From: a virus
Lineage: Duplodnaviria > Caudoviricetes
IMG/VR virus record: IMGVR_UViG_3300021519_000069
Coordinates: 1-25,005 of that record
Direction: 5' to 3' (one strand)
DNA length: 25,005 bases
Each line of letters opens with the position of its first letter. Within the stretch, counting starts at the first letter, position 1. Shown here one piece after another: positions 9,644-17,657 of the stretch. The translations under genes and the position numbers were made by a program. The notes under the pieces were generated by a model. That model saw nothing but the letters and a program-made list of their open reading frames with translations. It had not been told where the DNA came from and did not search any database.

Positions 9644-9821
9644 CGGCTTTCTCCTTTTCTTTCTGGGCGATCTTGTAGAACAGGGCGTCCACGACTTGGA
9701 TGACAGCGTCAGCCGTGGCGTATCTGGCGTCAGCCAATTGGGCGTTGCTAGCGAGCATGCCCTGCAGGGCCATCATATACGCCAGTTGGCGCGGGGTAAG
9801 GTCTTCAAATTTATCAGTCAT
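9630..9821 (-). CDS. Hypothetical phage protein (LTxR...ALQGMLA family)
   Basis: LTPRQLAYMMALQGMLAS...ADA resembles a common small phage early protein. Overlaps both neighbours. Confidence 0.6.
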   Translation of the reverse strand: MTDKFEDLTPRQLAYMMALQGMLASNAQLADARYATADAVIQVVDALFYKIAQKEKEKADGKA

Positions 9822-10105
9822 TACTTTTCTCCTATGGCGCGGATTTCTGCCAGCGCTTTTTTCAGTTTCGCGTTTTCAGCTTCGAGGGTGGCGATTCGCT
9901 CGGCAGCATTCCATACTTCTTGCGATTCTTTTATTGGCGCTCCAGCGATAACTTGGGGCACATCTTGCCAAACATGATCTGGCGGTGCATTTCCGAAAGT
10001 GCCACCACCGCCACCAGCCGCTTCTTGCCGCCATTGCAGCTTGGGCGGGAATATGTGGCCCTCAGCAGTGACCGGCTCCCGCAACCATCTCAGTTCAATT
10101 GTCAT
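9821..10105 (-). CDS. Hypothetical protein with C-terminal coiled coil
   Basis: ATG 10105 (MTIELRWLRE) is ATGA-coupled to the upstream ORF. Ends in ERIATLEAENAKLKKAL. Confidence 0.6.
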   Translation of the reverse strand: MTIELRWLREPVTAEGHIFPPKLQWRQEAAGGGGGTFGNAPPDHVWQDVPQVIAGAPIKESQEVWNAAERIATLEAENAKLKKALAEIRAIGEK

Positions 10106-10215
10106 AGCACCCACCCCCTAGCTCTTGCCATTTCATAAGCGCAAAATGCCCAAATCGTTATCACGTACGTCACGTAAAACCCGCGCCTTGCCGGGCCACC
10201 GATAAAGTCTTTCAT
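10102..10215 (-). CDS. 37-aa hydrophobic mini-protein (not in ORF track)
   Basis: MKDFIGGPARRGFYVTYVITIWAFCAYEMARARGWVL, with ATGA overlaps at both ends. Confidence 0.55.
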   Translation of the reverse strand: MKDFIGGPARRGFYVTYVITIWAFCAYEMARARGWVL

Positions 10216-10799
10216 TTTGCTTTTTCTTCTCTTGCCTTTTGCAGCGCCACCCACGTAGTTGATGCAGCATCGCACGCAGTTGAAAAAGCATCTTGCGCCG
10301 CCTGCACATCCTTTCCCGCCGCCTTTACAACAAGCTGTGCATTGGCATATTCTTTTTCTAATTGCTCAAGCCTAGGTACCTGTTTTTCTTTGGTAAAAGT
10401 TTGAGCATTTAATAATTTCAGAATGTCTGACTGTCGCCAGAAAATTGCCCTAGTACCAAGTTTGACGGGGCTAGGAAATTGGCCATCTTTGACACCTCGC
10501 CACCAAGTAGCCCTGCTTATGGGGATTACTGGCTGGATAGGGGGATTAGAATTAGGATTTCCAATTATTTGATAGAGACGAAGAAGTGGATCAATAATGT
10601 TAGCGCCCATAATATCTACCTTTTCTTGTTTGATGGTTTCTATAAATTTGTATTGTTCTTTCTTATTTTCCAATCTATACCTTTTAACCTTTTCATTATG
10701 GCAAGATTTACAGTCGTAAAAATGTCCATCACGGCTTGTTTTATTATTATAAAATTCAGACCTAGGTTTTATGACTAGGCAGTCTTTACATTGCTTCAT
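10212..10799 (-). CDS. Zn-finger + AlpA-like winged-HTH + coiled-coil fusion protein
   Basis: MKQCKDC...EFY...DCKSC zinc module, then LLRLYQIIG...PISRATWWRGVKDGQFPSPVKLGTRAIFWRQSDI (AlpA/excisionase-like), then an Ala-rich helical tail. Confidence 0.75.
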   Translation of the reverse strand: MKQCKDCLVIKPRSEFYNNKTSRDGHFYDCKSCHNEKVKRYRLENKKEQYKFIETIKQEKVDIMGANIIDPLLRLYQIIGNPNSNPPIQPVIPISRATWWRGVKDGQFPSPVKLGTRAIFWRQSDILKLLNAQTFTKEKQVPRLEQLEKEYANAQLVVKAAGKDVQAAQDAFSTACDAASTTWVALQKAREEKAK

Positions 10800-10807
10800 A
10801 AGAGTTC

Positions 10808-11227
10808 TCAGAATGGAATGTCATCATTAAATGAATCCAGCGGTGCTGGCCGTTGTGCTGGCGCCTGTGCCGGCTGGGCAGTTGTTGTGCCTTGCGTCTT
10901 GCTGTCAAGCATCTGGAAGTCAGACAAACTGATTTCCGTTATGTATTGTTTGGCGCCGTCTTTCTCAAACGATCGCGTTTTCAATTTGCCTTCAATATAA
11001 AGTTTGGATCCTTTCGAGCAATACTTGGACAGATTCTCGGCCTGCTTACCGAACGCGGATATGCGAACCCATTCCGTTTGTTCAACCTTGTTGCCGGCCT
11101 TGTCTTTGTAGTCGTCGCCTACTGCAATCGAAAAGTTTGCGCAGGCGTTGCCGTTGGGAAGATACCGCAACTCAATGTCTTGCCCGATGCGACCGATTGC
11201 CATGAATTTATTCAGATCTCTGCTCAT
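10808..11227 (-). CDS. ssb: Single-stranded DNA-binding protein
   Basis: LNKFMAIGRIGQDIELRY, TEWVRISAFGKQAE, KGSKLYIEGKL, and an acidic tail DDIPF. Confidence 0.96.
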   Translation of the reverse strand: MSRDLNKFMAIGRIGQDIELRYLPNGNACANFSIAVGDDYKDKAGNKVEQTEWVRISAFGKQAENLSKYCSKGSKLYIEGKLKTRSFEKDGAKQYITEISLSDFQMLDSKTQGTTTAQPAQAPAQRPAPLDSFNDDIPF

Positions 11228-11397
11228 GATTTTTTACCTTTTAGTCCGGCCAAGTGTTGGCCAATGATGATGTTCAAAAGCGAGCTGACCGACCGCCTTT
11301 CTGAATCCGCAATCGTATGCAAGGCCTTGTATGTGTCCAAATCAACACGGGCCATCACTGCCTTCAAATTGCTATTTTCTTTTCTAACCTTTTTCAT
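11224..11397 (-). CDS. Ribbon-helix-helix (Arc/CopG-like) DNA-binding protein, 57 aa (not in ORF track)
   Basis: MKKVRKENSNLKAVMARVDLDTYKALHTIADSERRSVSSLLNIIIGQHLAGLKGKKS. GAGGT RBS, ATGA-coupled to ssb. Confidence 0.72.
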   Translation of the reverse strand: MKKVRKENSNLKAVMARVDLDTYKALHTIADSERRSVSSLLNIIIGQHLAGLKGKKS

Positions 11398-11405
11398 ACA
11401 TTACC

Positions 11406-11501
11406 TCAGAGTGTAAAAACAAATATTGTAATTGCGTACAACACGATCAACATAAACGCCGCAGCAAAAACAACCTCAACTACTTTTAAAAAAGTCTTCA
11501 T
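11406..11501 (-). CDS. 31-aa single-TM membrane peptide (not in ORF track)
   Basis: MKTFLKVVEVVFAAAFMLIVLYAITIFVFTL. GAGGAG RBS, ATGA overlap with the upstream ORF. Confidence 0.6.
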   Translation of the reverse strand: MKTFLKVVEVVFAAAFMLIVLYAITIFVFTL

Positions 11502-11656
11502 CGGCTTAATCTCCTCACGTCTTGAAGTCGGATCCAACTGGCCAGTTTGCCCAAAACCTCAGCTTTGCTGTAGCCGTAAAATGTTAGCGTGGCCTGCGAT
11601 TCATCCCCCTCACTGATCAAACGCCACCACTGTGGCTTGATTTCTTTAACCATCAT
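11498..11656 (-). CDS. Hypothetical 52-aa protein (not in ORF track)
   Basis: MMVKEIKPQWWRLISEGDESQATLTFYGYSKAEVLGKLASWIRLQDVRRLSR fills the gap and overlaps both neighbours. Confidence 0.55.
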   Translation of the reverse strand: MMVKEIKPQWWRLISEGDESQATLTFYGYSKAEVLGKLASWIRLQDVRRLSR

Positions 11657-11849
11657 ATTGACTGTCCCGCTCCGGTGAAAAGTTCTTCAGGTACTCGGCC
11701 TTGCTGAGTGCCCGCTCAATGTCAGGTTCTGCCGCAGAGATCCAGAAGCCGTTGTCCAGCTTGGCGTACATACCGCCGTCACAATCGACGACGGCGTGCC
11801 ACTGTTGGTCTGCTGCTGCGAATACCCAGTCTCCAACGAAGATTATCAT
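11646..11849 (-). CDS. Hypothetical phage protein (67 aa)
   Basis: TAATG-coupled to the upstream gene. Confidence 0.6.
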   Translation of the reverse strand: MIIFVGDWVFAAADQQWHAVVDCDGGMYAKLDNGFWISAAEPDIERALSKAEYLKNFSPERDSQYDG

Positions 11850-12160
11850 TACGCCCCCTTGCGGGCAGAGACGCGCACTACGGTGAAGCTGGACTGCGCG
11901 TGGGTGTGGGCGGTTACCAGCTGATGGCTGGGTTCCATTTTTACAGCAATGGCTTCCCAGTCGATCTTGGGAGCGCGCTGGGTCTCACTGATGGCTACCC
12001 TGAACATCTTGCCTTCCAGTGTAGTGATGCCTGCGTCCTGCAGTGTGGCCTTGATGGCATCTTCGCGGGCCTTTAGGTCTGCCGCTTGGGCTTTGATAAG
12101 GCCCAGCTCGTCGACGAGGCCGGAGAAGTCTACGTTTACTACGTTCAGTGCTGTGTTCAT
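11849..12160 (-). CDS. Conserved-looking phage early protein (VDELGLIKAQAADLK)
   Basis: ATG 12160 lies downstream of a promoter. A coiled coil is followed by LEGKMFRVAIS...IDWEAIA. Confidence 0.7.
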   Translation of the reverse strand: MNTALNVVNVDFSGLVDELGLIKAQAADLKAREDAIKATLQDAGITTLEGKMFRVAISETQRAPKIDWEAIAVKMEPSHQLVTAHTHAQSSFTVVRVSARKGA

Positions 12161-12208
12161 GTTGGTGCCCCAGTTGTGGCCGGTCGGTACGATCAGCCCA
12201 TGTGTTGT

Positions 12209-12247
12209 ATATTGCACCACGACGAATCGCGATGCAACACTTATTTT
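12209..12247 (-). promoter_or_regulatory. Leftward early promoter, copy 1
   Basis: Minus strand TTGCAT-17 bp-CAATAT with an A-rich UP-like tract. The 24 bp at 12224-12247 are identical to 12957-12980. Confidence 0.7.
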
Positions 12248-12507
12248 TATCCTTTGTAATCCATCATTATTACGTGCATTTGGATATCGTCATGCGACAC
12301 GGGCTGGCCTTTGCAGGTGTAAGACACCCTGCGAAAAACGCCTTGGCCTACCCGGCCATTCAGCTCTTGCGGAAAGGCTGCAGCTTTGCGAATGCCCATT
12401 ACCTCACCGCTGTCGGTTGCCCAATTTGACGGTGTCCCGTCGTACCCCATGTCGCCGGGGTTGGTTGTGTAACGTACTGTGATCTTGCTGCGGTTGTTCA
12501 GGCTCAT
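12247..12507 (-). CDS. Hypothetical phage protein (86 aa)
   Basis: GGAGA RBS before ATG 12507. Confidence 0.65.
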   Translation of the reverse strand: MSLNNRSKITVRYTTNPGDMGYDGTPSNWATDSGEVMGIRKAAAFPQELNGRVGQGVFRRVSYTCKGQPVSHDDIQMHVIMMDYKG

Positions 12508-12577
12508 GTTTGTGTCTCCAGTAAGGGGCCATCCTTGGCCCGGGTTAGTTGGTTAGGCTTCTATTTTCATTTATTTT

Positions 12578-12895
12578 TCACAGCTGGTAGGATTCCCAGA
12601 ACTTGCCTTCGAGATCGTGGCAGTGGTAGCTGGCTTGGTTGCGGTACTCATTGAGCACATAGGCTTTCAATGCGGCTGCTGCGCCCGGCTCAGACTTGGC
12701 TAGTGCCAGCACAAGGTTAGCAAACTGCGGGCTTTGGTCTATGGTCTCCCAGTGGAAATTCTCGTCTTTGGCCAGTTCGGCCCAGACCAGATCGAGCACG
12801 CTATCCGCTACATCCATCTCACCCGGCCAGCCGGTGACACAGTCCCCGGAGTTGTTCAGCATTATGTCGAGGATTGTGTTTTCTAATGTGTTCAT
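12578..12895 (-). CDS. Hypothetical phage protein
   Basis: GGAGC RBS before ATG 12895 (MNTLENTIL). Lies downstream of promoter copy 2. Confidence 0.65.
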   Translation of the reverse strand: MNTLENTILDIMLNNSGDCVTGWPGEMDVADSVLDLVWAELAKDENFHWETIDQSPQFANLVLALAKSEPGAAAALKAYVLNEYRNQASYHCHDLEGKFWESYQL

Positions 12896-12941
12896 GATGT
12901 TTGCTCCAGTTGTCGAGGCGGGATCGCTTCGGTATGGGTGC

Positions 12942-12990
12942 ATAGTGCATCACCTAGAATCGCGATGCAACACTTATTTTCATTTATTTT
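12942..12990 (-). promoter_or_regulatory. Leftward early promoter, copy 2
   Basis: Minus strand TTGCAT-17 bp-CACTAT with an A-rich UP-like tract. Shares 24 bp with copy 1. Confidence 0.7.
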
Positions 12991-13148
12991 CCTGTGCTGT
13001 CAGCAGCGTGTTACACCAGACGTAACATTCTAAACGAGGGGACCAAAAAAACATTATTAGAATCAAAAGGATACTAGATGAATTCGGTGCTTTAGCCAGA
13101 ACCGAATTGGTTGTGCGCCGGTTTTAAACACAGCACCTCATGTATGAC

Positions 13149-13377
13149 TTGCCGGGTTGCCAGCCTTGCCACCATTGCCACCATTTTCAGACAAACTCTT
13201 TCCTGTATTATTACTATTATATTTTCTTTTACTTTTAGGAAAGAGATGGCAAGTATGGCAAGCACCCCTCAAACCCATGTACTTATTAGGCTCATGCTTG
13301 CCACGTGTGCTGGCAAGTCCCGGCAAGTGGTGGCAATCTCTTTGCCGGGTTTAGCGTCATTAGCGTCATAGCGTCAT
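13149..13377. repeat. Iteron-like TTGCC/GGCAA array around an AT-rich core (candidate replication origin)
   Basis: TTGCC at 13149, 13157, 13166 and 13175. AT-rich core bounded by the inverted repeat CTCTTTCCT (13196-13204) / AGGAAAGAG (13237-13245). (T/C)GGCAA at 13247, 13256, 13311, 13321 and 13331. TAGCGTCA x3 at about 13352-13376. Confidence 0.6.
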
Positions 13378-13790
13378 GCGCAAGCAAAAATAAATCGCGG
13401 AGAGGGTATTGCGGGGGGAGTGAGGCGGGTGTAACCTGCGCTTTCGCTATCCCAGATAGGCGAAACCCCCGACTTGCAACAGTCGAGGGCTTCGAGGGGA
13501 TAGCAGGTTGGCTGAAACAACCATGCAGACAGAATTGTCCCACTGGACTCTACTGGATGTCAACGGCCTGTTTCGCCCGCCTTACCACTGTGCGGAGAGA
13601 TATGTCCGGGTTCACGCCCTCACTCACCGGCTGCACAGTACGCGGAAGAAGATAGCCCAGCCGCAACTGAGTCTTGAAAGCATAACAGGGGCTGGACGGT
13701 ACACTAACCGGAAAGATGCTGAGTTTGCACATTGTGTTGATTGCAGACTACCCGACGACGCCACGGCTCCATCCGGCATTAGGGTAAACG

Positions 13791-13826
13791 GACTCAAGGC
13801 CTTTCACGGGCTTTGGGGTCTTTTTA
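13791..13826 (+). terminator. Possible intrinsic terminator
   Basis: GACTCAAGGCCT-TTCAC-GGGCTTTGGGGTC hairpin (G-U pairs, one bulge) followed by a T run. Confidence 0.4.
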
Positions 13827-13925
13827 CCCAAAACTCCTCCACTCACCATCCGGCATTATTTTTAAAGATCTATCTCTCAAGTAGATTGAAATCAGCCGGA
13901 AGCCGGAGGGAACACTTTTACAAGA

Positions 13926-14276
13926 TTATTTTGTGCGTAGGCAGCGACACAAGGGCATTTTGTGAAAAAGGTCGGTCACATGCTGCGACACGCTGACGCC
14001 TTTGGCCTTGGCCTGAGTCTGTAGCAGCTCTTTGTCTTCGGCGGCAAGGCGCAGGGCCAGTGTAGCGCGTTTGGCCCCGGCCTTGAGCTTGCCGGTGTTG
14101 TTGCTGGGTTTGCCGGTGAGGGCGTGGTCTGGGCCAAATGCGGCATCCAACAATATCACTCTCCGGTCAATGCTCATGGCGCGGAATTCCGCATCAGTCA
14201 TCAGGGCCGAGGTGTTGAAATACTCATTCCAGAGGTCGAGCGACCTAGCAATTTTTGCGTTACTCATGGTTTTCAT
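13926..14276 (-). CDS. Protein with C-terminal ribbon-helix-helix domain
   Basis: KRATLALRLAAEDKELLQTQAKAKGVSVSQHVTDL fits the RHH pattern. TAATG-coupled to the upstream gene. Confidence 0.65.
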   Translation of the reverse strand: MKTMSNAKIARSLDLWNEYFNTSALMTDAEFRAMSIDRRVILLDAAFGPDHALTGKPSNNTGKLKAGAKRATLALRLAAEDKELLQTQAKAKGVSVSQHVTDLFHKMPLCRCLRTK

Positions 14277-14572
14277 TATGCCGCACCGTTGCAGATGGTG
14301 AATGAGTCGCCTGCAACAACTGGTTTTTCTGATGTGCGAGCGGCGGATTGTACAGCAAAAAACATGGCTGATTCGGCAGCATACTGGATTGCATCTGCGC
14401 CTCCCACAATTTTGTGGTTACGGTATTCAACAGCCATGCCCAGCGTGAATGCCGATGGGTATTCAAACGTGGTGGCTGCATAGGTGCCTGCAAAACTCAC
14501 CAGATCAGCTGCGGCCTGTTCGATGCTGGTTTTACCTGATACTGCGCTCTGGATAATGGTCTGTATGCTCAT
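14276..14572 (-). CDS. Hypothetical phage protein (98 aa)
   Basis: GAGGA RBS, tightly packed between neighbours. Confidence 0.6.
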   Translation of the reverse strand: MSIQTIIQSAVSGKTSIEQAAADLVSFAGTYAATTFEYPSAFTLGMAVEYRNHKIVGGADAIQYAAESAMFFAVQSAARTSEKPVVAGDSFTICNGAA

Positions 14573-14573
14573 A

Positions 14574-14822
14574 TTAGATGTCCTCGCGGCGTGCGATTAC
14601 AAGCGCAGCCAACACTTCGGCGCGTTTTGCGGTCAACTCTGCAAAGCGCGAGTCTGACTCTGATGTGCCATTAAGGATGCGCAGCAGGCGCGCTGCCTCG
14701 TCATCCAATTTTGACCAAAGCGGCTCGCCGCCAGTCTGGATATGTTTGGCGTGCGGGTTAAAACCTTCGCCGCCCTCGTTGTGGATGTTGTTGTAGGCGG
14801 CCCAGAGTGGGTTGATAGTCAT
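14574..14822 (-). CDS. Hypothetical phage protein (82 aa)
   Basis: GGGAG RBS. First gene after the leftward promoter near 14870-14897. Confidence 0.65.
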   Translation of the reverse strand: MTINPLWAAYNNIHNEGGEGFNPHAKHIQTGGEPLWSKLDDEAARLLRILNGTSESDSRFAELTAKRAEVLAALVIARREDI

Positions 14823-14869
14823 ACTATTTGCTCCCGGTTCGGTCGGCTTGATTGCCTCCCATGTGGTGA

Positions 14870-14971
14870 ATACTACGCCGTTTATTTAACATTGCAAGAC
14901 ATTTTTAATTATATATCCAATTATTTTGTGCTCGGAATATTCTTGACATTGCAACACCCTTGCAACACAAT
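14870..14971. promoter_or_regulatory. Divergent promoters (early leftward / packaging rightward)
   Basis: Leftward TTGCAA (14892-14897)-16 bp-TAGTAT. Rightward TTGACA (14943-14948)-17 bp-CACAAT, overlapped by two TTGCAACAC direct repeats. An AT-rich stretch lies between them. Confidence 0.6.
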
Positions 14972-15104
14972 GGTACCAGTCTCGCTCCCTGAGCATCGCT
15001 TGCTGCCCAGTTGTCGATGTGAACTTTGAGCCAGATAGCCGACCCCAATACCAAAAGTTGCGGGGTCTGGCGCCTTACAACAATCACCCAGTCACTGGAA
15101 CGCA

Positions 15105-15389
15105 ATGGCTACCAAAGACCCCAGACTAGCAAGAGCCGGCGTGCAGGCCTTCAACCAGCCGAAGCGCACCCCTTCGCACCCGACCAAATCACACGTGGTT
15201 GTGGCAAAGGTGGGTGACGAGATCAAGACGATCCGGTTTGGCCAGCAAGGCGTATCAGGATCCCCTAGGCGCGAAGGCGAGTCAGCCCACGACAAAGCCC
15301 GCCGCGAATCGTTCAAGGCCCGCCACGCTACAAACATCGCCAAGGGCAAGATGTCAGCAGCGTACTGGGCCAACAAGGAAAAGTGGTAA
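15105..15389 (+). CDS. Small basic viral protein (DUF5754-like)
   Basis: KSHVVVAKVGDEIKTIRFGQQG...RRESFKARH...SAAYWA..W pattern, recalled from aquatic phages. Function unknown. Confidence 0.65.
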   Translation: MATKDPRLARAGVQAFNQPKRTPSHPTKSHVVVAKVGDEIKTIRFGQQGVSGSPRREGESAHDKARRESFKARHATNIAKGKMSAAYWANKEKW

Positions 15390-15391
15390 CC

Positions 15392-16114
15392 ATGACTGAC
15401 GACACAGGTAAGAAGCCCCCCAATGCTAGGCCGTTAAGAACCGCTACCCACAACGCTGGAAAGCCCTCTAACCCCCACGAGCTGTCTCCCGTAGAGACAG
15501 CAGCCATAGCTGAGTTCATGACGAACGGGGGAAACATGAGCGCGGCACTGCGGAAAGTGCACCCAAATGCCAAGAACTGGAACGAAAACACACTGAACGT
15601 CAGCGCATCGGCGACCTTTGCGCAGACCAAGGTTAGGATCAGAATAGCTCAACTGAGAGCCGAACAGCAGCAAAGAACGGCGATCACCGCCGATCGTGTT
15701 CTGCAGGAGGCCTACAAACTGGCATTTTCGGACGTCCGTCAGCTGTTCCGTGAGGACGGAGAATTGAAGTCTCCTGCCGAGTGGCCGGACGGTGCTGCAG
15801 GCGCCATCGCCTCGTTTGAGGTGGTCACCCAGAATCAGGGAGTAGGCCAGCCGCCCCGGTACATCCACAAGGTCAAGCTCTGGGACAAGAACCCGGCGCT
15901 TGAGAAACTGTTCCGGCACATGGGCCTGTTTGAGAGAGACAACAACCAGAAGGCCAACATCTTGGCCCAAGACCTGTCCACGATGCCCCTCCCACTATTG
16001 CAGATGATTCAAGACAAGATACGAGCCTATGACGTCGATGGAGCAGCAAGCCGAGGATCTCTTCCAGATGTTTCTGGCAACGGGTCAGCATCGGGCGATC
16101 GCATTAACCATTGA
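15392..16114 (+). CDS. terS: Terminase small subunit
   Basis: GNMSAALR, ITADRVLQE...LAFSDVRQLF..DG.LK and KVKLWDKNPALEKL. Immediately upstream of terL. Confidence 0.88.
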   Translation: MTDDTGKKPPNARPLRTATHNAGKPSNPHELSPVETAAIAEFMTNGGNMSAALRKVHPNAKNWNENTLNVSASATFAQTKVRIRIAQLRAEQQQRTAITADRVLQEAYKLAFSDVRQLFREDGELKSPAEWPDGAAGAIASFEVVTQNQGVGQPPRYIHKVKLWDKNPALEKLFRHMGLFERDNNQKANILAQDLSTMPLPLLQMIQDKIRAYDVDGAASRGSLPDVSGNGSASGDRINH

Positions 16115-17657
16115 TGGGGTCGAAGAGAAAAAACGCTGCGAGACCAGCCTAGCCGAGTTCGTCAAGTGTGCTTGGCACGTGGTGGAACCGCCCGGCACAA
16201 AACTGATCTGGAACTGGCACTTGGACGTCATCTGCGCCTACATGGAAGCGGTGTACGCCGGGGACATCAAACGCCTGATTGTGAATATCCCGCCGGGCAC
16301 CATGAAGTCGCTGGTGATCATGGTCTTTTATCCCAGTTGGGTCTGGGCGAGGCGTCAGGGCGAGAGGTTTCTGTGCGGGACGAACGACGGGACTCTGGCT
16401 ACACGCGACGCCGTCCGGATGCGGCAGCTGATCACCTCCGAGTGGTACAAGTCGCACTGGGGGGCCAAGGTTCAGCTCTCGGTCGACCAGCAGGACAAAG
16501 GCCTGTTTGCGAACACCTACCGCGGCCACCGCGAGTCCCAGTCGATACTGGGCAAGGTAACTGGTAAGCGTGGCTCCACTTTGCTATGGGACGATCCCCA
16601 CGACGCCAACTCGGTTGAGTCTGACGTGCAGCGGCAATCCGTGATCGACGCCTACGACCAAGGCTGGTCAAGCCGACGCAATGATCTGGAAAATTCGCCG
16701 ATCGTCATCGTTATGCAGCGAGTTCACTACGCCGACATCACCGGTCATTTGCTGAAGAAGGGCAACTGGACACGGCTGGCGATCCCCATGCGGTATGACC
16801 CAGACACGACGTATGACCCGGTCGCTGACCTGAACCGGCCCGACCTAAAGGATCCCCGGACTGAGGCAGGGCAGCTGCTGTTCCCGCAGAAGTTCCCCGA
16901 GATTGCGGTCAAAGAGCTGGAGGCCAACCTAGGCTCCTACGGCACCGCTGGGCAGCTGCAGCAGAACCCCTCGCCCAAGGGTGGCGGCATCCTGCGGTCG
17001 AGCCTGATCAACCTGTGGCCGAACACCAAGCCCCTGCCGATCATGCAGTACATCGTCCAGTCCTACGACACGGCCTTTACTGAAGACACCATGAACGACC
17101 CCACTGCCTGCACTGTCTGGGGCGTGTTCTGGCATGAAGGCAAGACCAACGTCATGCTGATCGACTGCTGGCAGGAGCACATGGAGTACCCCGCGCTGCG
17201 TCAGAGGGTGATCAAGGAGTGGTCAAGCAAGTACGCCGGCAATCCCAAGGACATCAGCAACCCGGCCCGATCCCCGGACATTGTCTTGATCGAGAAGAAG
17301 GGGTCAGGCCAGTCGCTGCTGCAAGACCTGTCAGCGACCAAGATCCGGATCGCCGGCTACAACCCCGGTCTGGCCGGCAAGGTCGCCCGTGCCCACCTGA
17401 TCACACCAATCATGGACAGCGGCGTCATCTGGATCATCGAGTCGAAGGCTGGCGACTCGTGGCCGACTTGGGCGACGTGGCTGGAAAAGCAGATCGACCG
17501 ATTCCCGAACGACGAGCACGACGATGGGGTGGACACCATGACCCAAGCCCTGCGCTACCTGAAAGACTCCGGCTTTGTGTCCCTGAGCCAGAGCGAACGC
17601 ATCCACGAGAACCGCCCGTTAATCACAAAGGAGAAGGGGAACCCCTATGCCCAGTAA
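16029..17657 (+). CDS. terL: Terminase large subunit
   Basis: RLIVNIPPGTMKS (Walker A), LLWDDPH (Walker B), and nuclease motifs QSYDTAF, IEKKGSGQSL, FPNDEHDDGVD. Exact start is uncertain. Confidence 0.95.
   Translation: MTSMEQQAEDLFQMFLATGQHRAIALTIDGVEEKKRCETSLAEFVKCAWHVVEPPGTKLIWNWHLDVICAYMEAVYAGDIKRLIVNIPPGTMKSLVIMVFYPSWVWARRQGERFLCGTNDGTLATRDAVRMRQLITSEWYKSHWGAKVQLSVDQQDKGLFANTYRGHRESQSILGKVTGKRGSTLLWDDPHDANSVESDVQRQSVIDAYDQGWSSRRNDLENSPIVIVMQRVHYADITGHLLKKGNWTRLAIPMRYDPDTTYDPVADLNRPDLKDPRTEAGQLLFPQKFPEIAVKELEANLGSYGTAGQLQQNPSPKGGGILRSSLINLWPNTKPLPIMQYIVQSYDTAFTEDTMNDPTACTVWGVFWHEGKTNVMLIDCWQEHMEYPALRQRVIKEWSSKYAGNPKDISNPARSPDIVLIEKKGSGQSLLQDLSATKIRIAGYNPGLAGKVARAHLITPIMDSGVIWIIESKAGDSWPTWATWLEKQIDRFPNDEHDDGVDTMTQALRYLKDSGFVSLSQSERIHENRPLITKEKGNPYAQ

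Noticed and set aside
13111-13996. Track ORFs in the intergenic region (e.g. 13508-13996 +)
   Set aside because: No clear RBS, atypical composition, overlap with repeats, a terminator and a real gene, and no recognisable motifs.
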